From Basidiobolus meristosporus CBS 931.73 (taxonomy: Eukaryota; Fungi; Basidiobolomycota), in NCBI GenBank assembly GCA_002104905.1, contig MCFE01000082.1, positions 115,214-179,213 of the forward strand: a stretch of 64,000 nt of DNA. Direction: 5' to 3'. Shown one piece after another: positions 1-11,814 of the stretch. Each line of letters opens with the position of its first letter. Position 1 is the stretch's first letter. The position numbers and the translations under genes are program-made. The notes under the pieces are model-generated. The model did no database searches and was not told the origin of the DNA. It saw nothing but the letters and a program-made list of their open reading frames with translations.

Positions 1-1062
1 TGGCGATGATACGGGTGAACCAGAGTTGACAGTTTCAATTATCAAAGTGCCGGACTGGGTGGCATTGGTGAGCTTGCGTTGTTGGAACCAGCCCCGAACA
101 TTTGAAGATTCGAATCGCATGGCAGGTTCGATGTCTTCAGTGATGGTCCTCTTGATGAATTTGGAGATGTACATATTCTTGGCATTCTTGGGAGTGTCGA
201 GAAATTCTTTAAATTCCTCGAAACGAAAGTCACTGAGGTGGAAGGTCAACTCAAGTTCGTTGTTGCCATATTCATAGTCCGAGTATGAGCTACCATAAGC
301 GGAATCAGAGGGCACTGATGAGAGTGATAACCGGTTGCTGCCACTTCTACTTAATCGATAAGATGATCGAGGGGATCCAGAGACACTACCATCCATGAGA
401 GCCATCTCTAACTCATCCCGCTCCTTCTCCATCCTAATTCTTTCTGCGGATTCTTTGTCTTTCTCATCGGCAGTTTGTTCCAACCTTGATTTTAGGTCAT
501 CCAGCTCGTCTTTCTGTGAAGTTGCTAAATCTTGCACCTCAGTGAGTTGGCGTTCCAGGATCGCATACTTGCGCTCAGCTTCAAGTCTTAATTTCTTCTC
601 AGTGGCCACCATGGAATTTGCCTCTTCAAAAAGCCTGGCCGACAACTCCTCCAATTCGGTTTCGATTTGGATTTTGGCATGTTCGATCTCACTTCTTGTG
701 GCTGTCTCGGTTATCAGCTTTTCAGCAAGACTTTGCATATCCAACTGCAGTTGTGAGGCGTCGGAAGTACGGATTTGAGATAGGGTAGACCGCAAGTCGT
801 CGATGATTCCTTTGGAATTTTTGAGATCAAGTTGCACTTGAGCTAATTCAAATTCGAGAGTGGTCTTTTGTTCGGTTGAGAGCTTCAGGCTGGTGGATAG
901 TGTGTCATTCTCAAGCTGAAGTCTCTGTATTTGAAATTCGAGCTCGCCTACACGAGCTGTTGAAGCAGCGACATCCAAGCATTCATTTGAGGAGAGGGAG
1001 GATGAAAGAAACTCACGATCTGAGTATAGAGCCCCGCATTGAAGGCAATTGACTTGTGACAT
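1..1062 (-). CDS. SEC2: Rab GDP/GTP exchange factor Sec2-like coiled-coil protein (3' end runs off the window)
   Basis: Open minus frame from ATG at 1062 to position 1, absent from the ORF track (probably because it has no stop inside the window). It reads MSQVNCLQCG... then a coiled coil with the Sec2 motif IETELEELSARLFEEANSMVATEKK, and later FIKRTITEDIEPAMRF...GWFQQRKL. Confidence 0.85.
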   Translation of the reverse strand, partial: MSQVNCLQCGALYSDREFLSSSLSSNECLDVAASTARVGELEFQIQRLQLENDTLSTSLKLSTEQKTTLEFELAQVQLDLKNSKGIIDDLRSTLSQIRTSDASQLQLDMQSLAEKLITETATRSEIEHAKIQIETELEELSARLFEEANSMVATEKKLRLEAERKYAILERQLTEVQDLATSQKDELDDLKSRLEQTADEKDKESAERIRMEKERDELEMALMDGSVSGSPRSSYRLSRSGSNRLSLSSVPSDSAYGSSYSDYEYGNNELELTFHLSDFRFEEFKEFLDTPKNAKNMYISKFIKRTITEDIEPAMRFESSNVRGWFQQRKLTNATQSGTLIIETVNSGSPVSSP

Positions 1063-3516
1063 GCTATGACTATGGTACGATAATGTGTGAATGTTCAGCG
1101 TCAAGGAATTGATGAAAGCGCTGAATAAAGTTGGAACCAAATATATGGAATACTGATAAACGTTTACTAGGCCGGCGTCGAAAGGGCTTATATGTGTGGA
1201 TTGAGGAACCCACCAGATGATTGGTAGATTCTTGCCAACCAATAGGAATATTGAGACCCATGACAAATCCACACTGGAGATCAATACATATATATTCTAA
1301 CACAGGTATGAAACAAATCCATCAACCCCATTTCCTTTTTTGAGTATATAGGATAATTTTAATTTGAATATACTTGATGAGTTCATCGAATAGTCCATCA
1401 GCGAACAGGTACAGCGTGTCCGTAGAACGCCGAAGAATGGATGGAAAGACAAAGAGCCATGTCCAATCAACACAATGGCCCTCTCTATTATAAGGAGTGA
1501 AATAAATGGAATTGAAAACGGTGGATGAGAATGAGGATTGTTCCCAAGTGTGTAAATTAAAACATCAACGACAACTGAAGTTGGAATAATACAAACGGAA
1601 TTTCATTTATCGGTTTTGTTATTATTAGGAGCGCCAACGCCTTGACTGTTGTAAATCAGCATTGTATGCTGGCAACCCAGTCGCCTTCGTTATGCATGCT
1701 GGTTTGCAAATGGACACTTGAAAGTCATTCTGATATGTCTGGATAAACTATCCCCATCAATAATGAGATGATGCTATGTTTAATATATGTCGTCAGGTGT
1801 TGTTCATCACTAGAGCTCGGTAGATTGGACGTTTCAATATGCCATGGATTTTATCGCAAATTTACGAATTGGAGCCCAAGGTATCATCTATGTGCGACCA
1901 TCAGACACTTTCCGACTCTAACCTAATTCGCAGCTTATCGGTGAATATCCGTTCCAACCGCGGAAGTTTTGCCAAATATTGCGCTTCGCGACAGGAGAAG
2001 CTGGAGCTGCGTTGAAGGATCCAAACCGCTTTATTGGCACATCCGCATGCATGTTTGAAACTACCCTTCCAACAACAGGAGGCATTCAAGTCCCCTGGCA
2101 CTATTGTCTTGGTGGCTAAGAAAGCCTCAATTGATGGGTTGGTGATGTAATCGACTGGAAATTGATTCGCCTTGCCAAACGTGAATGAAAAAGAGAACAT
2201 TCTCAGAGTTTAAGGTATTTTCCACAATTAGTAATGATTCGAATCAAATATTCACTGGATCATGATTCGTGGAAGCCAAGGTATGGGACGGCAAATTTTG
2301 GCAGCGGCTATACGTAGCTCCATTGTGACACCAAGACTTACCGTAGTACAAAGCCAACAGAGGCCCAAAATCAGATCTCGTGTAATCCTATAAAGAGTTA
2401 GTGGTCAGAGGCACGAAAGCATTCCACACAGAGTTGGCAAGATCTGTCGTTGCTTGGTACTACAAAACCAACGTCCACTGACTAATACGGCTGCTCGATC
2501 TAAATTTGCAAGCAGAGTTGCGGTTGGCATACTTCACTGATCACTTCCATGTCGTGATGGTGGCTTGTTGCAAAAGCTAGTTCAATCAACATCGTTGGAT
2601 GGATATAAACGGATTATGAATTTGACCCATGATGGAATTGGAACACAAAATCCTACTGGTCTCTCTAATCATCCTCCCATATTGGTAATGTCTATGGGGC
2701 CGATGGAACGTTTAACAACAAATAGTGAGCTATCCTAACTCATAGAACTGTGATCCCATGGTCACAAGCGCAAATACATGATCGATTGCTCAACAAATAT
2801 GCATAAGCCTTGCTGCAACATTGCAGGTAGATAGTAATTATGAGCATGTCAGCAGCGCCAGCGATAGTTTTCTTACATTCCCAATAACTATTCCAATAGA
2901 TCCGATTCTCGTGGCTTGATGGGTGTGTGAACTATCTGAACACCGTGTTTAGTAGAAATTGGGTCACACTAGCGCTTTTAGGAACTTATGGTCTTTGAGA
3001 GTCCACTCGTTCGGAGATAATCCGTGTGCTGTCGATATGATGTTGCAATGCTCTACAATGTTACTGCTCTTTGGGCTGCAGCATCTCGAACACGGCATAT
3101 CATTTGAGGGATAATTAATTGGAACCATCACGTAAGATTCACCTGGAAAGATACATAGAGTTATATTGAATGTCTAGAATCTTTCACACATATCGCAACC
3201 ACACTGCCTAGTGCTAAGTTGAATAGATAGAAATTAACTCATTTCGTTGATTTTTAGAAACACTAGCGATTCCGAGTAATATTATTGGTACATATGGGTC
3301 AATCTAAAACGAGCCATTAGTGGCCGTTTATAAATGTACTACAATCAATATATACCAAGATTATGGTTGTAGTTAGCCGTTTTCCTTTAGTCGAGACTTC
3401 GGCAATACTCAGATGTATGGATGAAGGTTAAGTTATATATTATCAGGCCAATGCATGTTTTTGAAAAAGCTATCATACAATATTTGTAAAAGATCCGCCA
3501 GGTAAATACCAACATC

Positions 3517-5477
3517 CTAATCATTGGAGCTCACGGTGGAGTTGCCACTCTCTGCACTGCGGGGAGTATGGCTCTCAGAGCCATCGCTGTCATAGCTTAA
3601 AGTACTCTGAGAGAGTGTGTCATGAAGACCTAGAAATCCTAGTTCTAAAAAGCTAGGGTTCATTTGAACCTCCGATTGCCCCAAGGCTGAGTCCCACATG
3701 TTCGAGAACAGTCCAGAGGATCGATCAATTAAAATGTTCACTTCTTGATTGTATTCTTGCGTTGCCGGAGTCGAATAGATTGACGAGGATGATGTATCTT
3801 CCAAGTTACCTGTGTTCGCCTCGTTGTTCTGATCAGATAGTGTTTCTTGGCTTGAGTCGGAATTGAAATTGTGACTAATGGAGAATATACTATCTCCATC
3901 ACTGAAAGGTTGATATCTAGGCGATGTAGACTGATAGTTAGATGAGACACTAGATCCATCCGAGTAAAAAGTTTGTTCATCTTCCGTCATCCATGAACTA
4001 CGCTCTTCCACTGACACATTAGAGTGGATCGAAGGGCCATCGCTACTTTCCACGCTCGCTCCATTATCTCTTGATAAGTCCCATCCACAATTAGGGCATT
4101 GTGAAATGGAGAAGCGCTCTTGGACGCTGCTGTTGTCTGGAATGATTTCCGATGCACCGTGCAGAAAACTTTCTAAAGGCGGCGAAATGGGTGGGATTAT
4201 TGGACTTGAACAGTAGATGTTAGGATTTCCCCTGGTTGAGTTGCGATCGAGGTAATCTAAAGGCCCAGAATCTTCTGTGCTTGATGATCTGCTACCACTG
4301 TCTCGATGACGATCAATATTCCCCAAACCAGTTTCTGTTGATATATTCCGAGCAACCAGCTGGTTTTCACTTGTTTCAATGTACGATTCATTTGCATCAT
4401 TGCCCAAAAAACTGCTGTGCCCACCCTGATCATCCTGCTCGAAAGAATAATCCAATAAACCATTAGAGGTATTAGTTCGTTGATGATGCTGTCTAACGTT
4501 TGTTGAGGTAGCATCCGTTTGATCCCATCTCATCAGTAAAGCAGGCTCTGGTAACTCGGTTACTTCTGTCGTAGAAGGGTTCAAATCTGTTTCAACCTGC
4601 CTCGTGCTGGATTCCACAGTAGGTGTGAAGTTTGTTGAGTTAAAGGTGCTGTTAATAAATATATGATGGATTATATATCAGCTAAAGCCGAAATTCAAAC
4701 TGTCATGAAAACCATTGCACACCTCAGAAATGATGAATAATTGCTACGGACGGAGCCGACGTGCCAAAGGAATGGTCAATGAGACATCCAAAAGAATGTA
4801 CTTAATTCAAGATACTTACTCGAACTGTTCAATAGTATTCGTTGAATTAAATGTCGTGTCCTCGGATATGCGGGTCCTGTTAAGCGTTGATTTAGTAATA
4901 TAGAGGATCGGTATAAGGATAATGGAGTACATACGAACAGAGAGGCTCAGGTTCTGCAAATATGGGATCCCAGATTTCACCAGTCATAAAAGGGTTTTGT
5001 TTGTGAAAATCGACCGTGTCAGCAAGTTTACTTTGCCCAACTGAAGTGAGATCGCGTAAGGCTACGAGGGTACTATTCGTTGAGCAGTGCTTATAGTTTG
5101 CTTTGTCGAAACTGTCCAGGAGATATACTTGTTTCTGTAGTGTGTACGATATAGTGGGAGGACCTTTCACAGGTAGCCTACATGTGGGGCATACTTTATT
5201 TACAGCGAACCAACGCACCAAACACGGCCCACAAAATGTATGTCCACATTGCAAAGTATGAGGCTTTTGGAATGTTTCAATACAAATACTGCACTGCAAC
5301 GCTAAAATTTCGTTAGAGATAACCCTGCACCAATTCACATGCACATATAGGTGGCTTACTCTGGCGTATTGATTGCAGTTGAAAGAGCAAGTTCTCCGCT
5401 AGTTCTGCGGGCTTTACATGCAGTACGGATGAATCACGACTATCTTCGTCGTCATTTAAGGGTGGTGATTTTATCAT
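3517..5477 (-). CDS. C3HC4 RING-finger E3 ubiquitin ligase-like protein with long Ser-rich disordered C-terminus (spliced, ~5 exons)
   Basis: RING motif CSICIETFQKPHTLQCGHTFCGPCLVRWFAVNKVCPTCR. By-eye splicing through phase-compatible GT-AG introns joins ORFs 5313-5600, 4892-5344 and 3517-4617 in one frame. Confidence 0.8.
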
Positions 5478-6728
5478 GGCGTAACCTCTATCCTTGGAGC
5501 CTAGAAAGATATGTTGAGGTAAATCGCAGGTTATGAGACTTGCTCGCTGCCCATTTAATAATATCAGGCGAAGACAGGGAACAGAAAATAGAAGTTGCAT
5601 GATAAATAACTTATGAGGTGTTCATTGGGTAATTACTCTTCTCCAACAAATAATCAACAACGGCCATTTCTGATGTAGTTTTATTTAGCATATAGTATTA
5701 GTCATGAATCATAGCGTGCTGATCAATATATTCTATAATTTTACATCTGAATCAAACAACGTATTTCGCATTCAACACTATTCATCAGGCCTACTGAGTC
5801 ACGAATTTATAATAAGTTAACCATCATTCATACTACATATTCGCTTGGATGTTGACACACATTCATATGATTGACGTAGAGTCAAATAGATATATCATTT
5901 GCATTTATGACAAATACAGCATTGCTAAGGGTTTTGAAAAATATGTGGATGAGTACGCAATTTGTTACACGGGAGAAAGATAGATGATGGAATGATGCAC
6001 ACGGAATAATGAAGCGCGGGCAATGTACAGTTATTCAAACCCCACCTCATCGAAAAGGACATCGAACAACTCGGCATGTAGAACTTCCTTACACCAAAAA
6101 GTGACCAATCAAAGTGGTCGAGAGAATTGCCAAGTTTGGTGCGGTTGACGAAGATGCATCTGGATACCGCCCAATATTGCAAGATTAGAAGGCAACTTAA
6201 TAAAGAAACATGAGCATTCAGGAAACCTATATACGTCGTTAGCTTTCCCTGGCAGCACTTTTATCAGGACCCACATATGCACCCCTCGGGTCCTTCATGG
6301 CTTGGCCCTTACTGACATATTCATTGGTTGCCATCACGTCTGCCAATTAGGACATTGTATGGATGTCAATGCATAAACAACCGCTTCCGTTGTCTGATAA
6401 TATCAAATCCATGCCCCGCCAACTACCGATTATCATCATGCCACCTTCAGACTGCATCTTCCACGTTAAATACCAAAAGGAATAATCGCTGCTTACATGG
6501 AGCCAAGAGAGCAGATATGTTGAATTTCGAAATTATAAAATTTATTGGGCCAATTTAAATGACTGTACAACGGTATGGGTGAGGGGATGAATTTGTTAGG
6601 TTACAGGTTCCCTCAGGTCCTATTTTTGGGTATGAAAGGCCAGATAGAAAATAAAACAGTTACTCCTGAGAAACGTGTCTTGGAAGGAATATTGGATGGG
6701 TATCGGATGCGTGTGTACAGTGGTGGTT

Positions 6729-8017
6729 TTAGATATGGATATTGATCAGTGCTTCGTGCTCCAACGCCTCATCTACACTTAGCCTGAGCCCTGGGTTAGG
6801 TTCTAAGAGACGGTGGACAAGAGAGCATCTCTCCGGGGTCAGCTTATTCAATATCGTACGATCCAAGCAGTTTTTACGCCCAATATACCCCGAGTAGTTG
6901 GGATCAGTGGGTACAGCACTTTGCCAGGGAAATACACCCAATTGGATTGTGAGATATAGAATTCCGAGTGACCAAGAATCTACTTTGCGGCCATCGTAGC
7001 TTTTTGAATTGATATGAACCTCCGGGGCTATGTAGGGGCAAGATCCACTTTTTCCCTTGCTTGGCCGGGGGGTGGCCTCGAAAGCTGTCTTATATACATC
7101 AGCCAAGCCAAAATCAATGAGCTTTGCCTTGTCTTGAGAGTCAAGAAGGATGTTTTCCCCTTTGATGTCTCGATGAACTACGCCAATCTTATGCATGTAG
7201 GCCACGGCCGAGACCACCTGCTTGAACCATGTGTCTATCTTCTCTGGAGTCAACGTATTCTTACGGGTCTTCATAGCTGAGAATAGGTCCGTGGGACAGT
7301 ACTCCATAATCTGGTAGTAGCGGCCATCTTGCACAATAAAATCTAGAGTTTCAATAATATACTGATGATGGAGTAACGACGCGATGGTGTACTCCGCAAG
7401 GATGGTTTTAGCATAGTTTCGAGCGGTTTCATTGGAATCGCGACTACGGAACTGCTTAACCTATAATGGTTTGTTAGGACCGGTATGACCATGTCAAATA
7501 TCTAGCAGACACCTACAGCAAAAAGCTTTCCGTCCGATCTTCTTTGGATAGTTTTGACGATGCCCCAGGCACCTTTGCCTAGGATAGGACCATCTAAGCG
7601 ACCGTATTTTGTAAGATCGCAAGTGCAGCTGTCAGAAAATCCTTTGCCGGCGGCCGGTGCTTTGATCGAGCTGGCTCTAGCAACGTTTTTTCCTTGACTG
7701 TGGCTATTTTCTCGGTTATTGAATATTTTCTTGGCTGGCGACACAAACTTTCCAACGAAGGACGGCTTGCTTTTCAAACGTATGGAGGATGTGGGCGAGC
7801 TCTCAGAGGAGGAAATCGAGTTATTCAGGCTTCCACGATTCACATCGATGGGTTGGAGAACAGGCTTCTCCACTTTAGAATCGTATTGCCTCTTGCTATT
7901 CAGTGCAAACTCGCCGAGGCATTCACCGTTCGGTGGGTATTGGCCAGTGGTCATATCATCTGATATGAGGCTGGTGTTCATGAAATGATTGCTCCTAGGC
8001 AATGTAATCGCTGTCAT
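6729..8017 (-). CDS. Ser/Thr protein kinase, fungal Hal4/Hrk1/Npr1 family (2 exons)
   Basis: GKGAWG, spliced FA|VKQFR, EYTIASLLHH, HRDIKGEN, DFG, GSCPYIAPE, D-x-WSLG, FPW. One intron at ~7461-7512 joins ORFs 7502-8017 and 6729-7334. Confidence 0.92.
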
Positions 8018-10671
8018 CGCAGAGATATGTTAAGGCACAAAGAACGGAAAAAAAGAACTTCGGGCAAAAGAAAAAATAAATGACAAAAAACTGTATGATG
8101 TCGAGAGGCAATGGACATCCAATTATTGCGAGACTAAGTTGAAGCTTTAGAGAGATCCAACAAGCAGATTTATATGGGAAACGAAACGGCGATGTAATTC
8201 TACGGATATTAGTGCTTTGACCGAGTTTATATAATCGAGATTTGCCTGATGGGTAGCGGGAATGAATGGACTCCCTAATACGCGACTACTCGTATATGGG
8301 CCATAGAAACAACATGGAGTACAATACATGATGCTGCATAAGAAAACGACTAATATGGAAGACTCGATATTTGGATGATAGGACCGGAGAGGTTCATGAA
8401 CATTTTTCCTTTTCTTACATCATAGAATTAGCTAGATTGTGCAACTATTGATCTTAGTTACATTTGAATGCCAATTTGAGTAGAGAACCAATATGTAAAA
8501 CTCCTAATGGAAGCACACGAAACATTCAGGCGGAGCGGAGTGGATATTTGTAGTAGCGCAATAAGTCCACCGATCCATTCCCATTGGTATTGCCATATGG
8601 AAGCCTGGGTGATTTAGCTTTGAATCTCCAAGTGTAAGGGTTGCCTAACCAATCGTTTAGTTCTTAAACAAGAATAACTCATGATTGGACCAACAATGCT
8701 ATCTGAAAAGTTCCAACTTGGGTCATTGGAATTTCACTGCATTCAACCAGGGGTCACCAGCATGACACCAGGTACAAACAAGGCAGCCACCAATAAAACA
8801 TTCTCCTAACCCTGCCCGTTCCCTTTTCAGGTCCCTTCCTTGATTTGTAGCTAACTCAACTTATTCTTTATCATATTGCAACATTGGGACACTCACTCTC
8901 AAGTAAATTGGACCAGTTTGAGTTTCACTAATCGGTAGTTTGCTTGGCAAACTCTGATTATGTGTAATGAGCGCCATCTTGTGGGCTTGAAACTCAGAAG
9001 CCAATATCCATCATGTGGACGGCCGGTAGCTGTTGCTGTACAAATGTTGGAGACACGGGATGAGGCTGAGCAAACAGAGAGTTGGCTAGCCTGTGTACGA
9101 TTAGCCGTTAAAGCCACAATCGAAACAAAACACCTAGAATGCTTCGGCTCCTTCAACTTCAATGATCATGTCGGCTACCCTGAATATCAGGTGAAGATTT
9201 CTATTACTCTATATGGTCCGGTGCCCTCGGTATGACCTAGCATTTGTGCTTCAGATTAAAACCATATCGAAACCACATGGAAACCCTGAGATGGGGTAAA
9301 CGATTCATGAAATTATTGAACTTGAATCAACCACACGATCCCGTCACACGCCTATCACCACCATACATGGTGGGCAGCTCCTCCTCTTTTTGCATGTGGC
9401 CCATCTGTGCTACTGAGAGACATGCCCAGACCTTTCATGAGACTTTCGATTTCCTGCTCTATTGGTGCGGATAAATTCTGGTGAACCCGATGTCTGGAGG
9501 TCTCATGCATTCTACGATCATTGATTCAAGACAGTTATATTTTAAAATTGAACCAAGGAAGCTGACCAGAATGGATTGCTACTATAATGGTTAGCAGAGC
9601 AACTTGTGCTTTTGTACTACAAGATATCCCAAGTGGGGCTAGGGTTAGTGATGCATATCAGAATTGCCAGAAATGATAATCCATCATGATTTCTCAATAT
9701 TCGAAAGGGGTGTAACCTATTGTCGGCTGTGGGATAGGTCCTTACTAGTTTCACTAGATGGTTGCAATCATTCGGATTGAGGGTTTGCTTCTCCACGATT
9801 TGTGCCGGAGTTTCTGCACGACTTCACCAGATAGTGGCTACGAACAACCCTATGGAATGTGAGATAAAGAAGCAATGGCACATAGGCTAACTGCTCTTTC
9901 AGGGCACAACTACCGAGCATTGAGAGGCGTTTGTAAGTCGATTGAAGGATCATTGAGACCACGAGTACTACTTGCCAATGTTAGTCGATCTTAAGACAAC
10001 CGATATGAAAATCTCATCAGAAATCCAGACTCCGGTTGTCATTACATACGAAATAACTGGCGCCAATGAGTGTAAACATCTTTCAAGCTATTCGAGAAAG
10101 TTTCTGGTTCAAGAAGTTCATCGTCACCCATGTTGAGTGCATTCCCAGATGAAGCGATAACGGACAATCGCAGTACGCCCAACCTCTAATCATACAGGTT
10201 CCCAACTAGTAATGTTGAATAATTTCGTACTTTCAAATTCAATCCGCTGGAGGATAGTGGGCTGGTCATGGGATGCTCAACCTTCGTAATTCCTATGCAA
10301 TGTCCCATTCATGCTTAAGTTTGCGGTCTTCAATACCTCTGCTACACATCTATGACGTCACCACGAGGAAAGCCAGGTTATTAGTAAGCGCTAAATAACG
10401 CAATCACCCTAGGTTGCGCATCCATCAGTGATCGTCAGGAAAACAATTCGATTATATGCTAGTCTCGAAATATGGGCTTTTCAAGAATCCCAGGTAAATC
10501 TAGGAGCAGGTTGGTAGGAGATGTTGGTCCAGATTATGGCTGAAAAAAAAGTCCCCTCCCCTCTCCCCCAGCATTAGTCAAGTTACTTGATGAATCATAG
10601 ACAATTTGGTTGCGAAAACTATATCCACTGGTTCAACTGGAACTGTTTGTTGACTCAACTTAGTATTCAGT

Positions 10672-11361
10672 ATGTCTGATTTAAAGGTAACTTCCAGGTT
10701 CACATTCTTTTACTCAGGCTGAACTGTTTGTAACTGCTCCCTTTTCCAGGAAGAAAATGACCTTATTGATCACTCTACATTTGATCAACTACTAGAAATG
10801 GACGATGATGACGATCACGAGTTCTCTAAATCTATAGTAGACAACTATTTCCTACAGGCCGAAGATACCTTTAACAGTATGGACTCAGCTTTGTCAGTGT
10901 TCTATTTTATATTTTTTCCCTGCTTTCTGAGAAATATTCTGCAGAGTGATGTGTTGGTTTTTTCGTGGACTTGTTTCCTAAGCAATTGAATCTCTTGTAG
11001 GGAGCAAAAAGATCTTCAGAAGCTTTCTGAGTTGGGTCATTTTCTTAAAGGCAGCTCCGCTGCTTTAGGCCTTCAAAAGGTTAAGGTTTCCTGTGAAAAG
11101 ATTCAGCATTATGGAAACGAGAAAGACGAAACTGGTACTAAGAGTATTTCCGAAGAGGAGGCGCTTGAAAAAATCACCCCTCTGTTGGTTCAAGTGAAGG
11201 AAGAATATCTTGAAGCCGAAACGTATCTGAAGCAGTTCTATGCTGAAGAAGCACGAAAAGCGAAGGGAGAGGAGGAGGAAGACGAAGACGAAGAGGAGGA
11301 GGAGGAGGAAGAGGACGATGAAGAGGAAGAGGAAGAGGAGGACGAAGTTGAAGATAATTAA
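10672..11361 (+). CDS. YPD1: Histidine phosphotransfer (HPt) protein Ypd1 with acidic C-terminal tail (3 exons)
   Basis: MSDLK|EENDLIDHSTFDQLLEMDDDDDHEFSKSIVDNYFLQAEDTF...LGHFLKGSSAALGL; phospho-acceptor His motif intact. Confidence 0.92.
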
Positions 11362-11814
11362 ACAAACCGTCATAATTAACACATTATCGTTGTTTTCCAA
11401 ATTTTATCCACTGTCTTCCCAATGAAAATGTAATAATATCCAACTTCTCCTTTTCTCACCATGATGTACCTTCTGTTTTGTGCAGTCATCACCGCTCTTT
11501 GATGGACAAACTACATTCAATATCGAAAGCTTTGGCTCTTCTGCGTGCTATACATTTTGCATATCACATTTTCCTTTGCGATTGTTCCTTTCTTTATCGA
11601 TTATATTGATCGTGTTGGTTTATTCAAGTGACTTCTATTACATGCCAATTACAAGAAAGATGAGGTTTATTTTCAATTCATATGTAAGGTGTAAGTTTTG
11701 CTTTTGTGTTTGGTTGGTTCCAGGTTTTATATGGGTGCAAATGATAATAGTCCATTGTCATAAAGAGTGGCTTAGATACTTCAAGGAAACTTGTCCATCG
11801 ACTCATCTATGTAT

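Noticed and set aside
8960-9235. 91-aa ORF with a PH-domain-like terminal helix (EAEQTESWLACVRLAV)
   Set aside because: Only a short helix-like resemblance; no supporting exons or other motifs identified.
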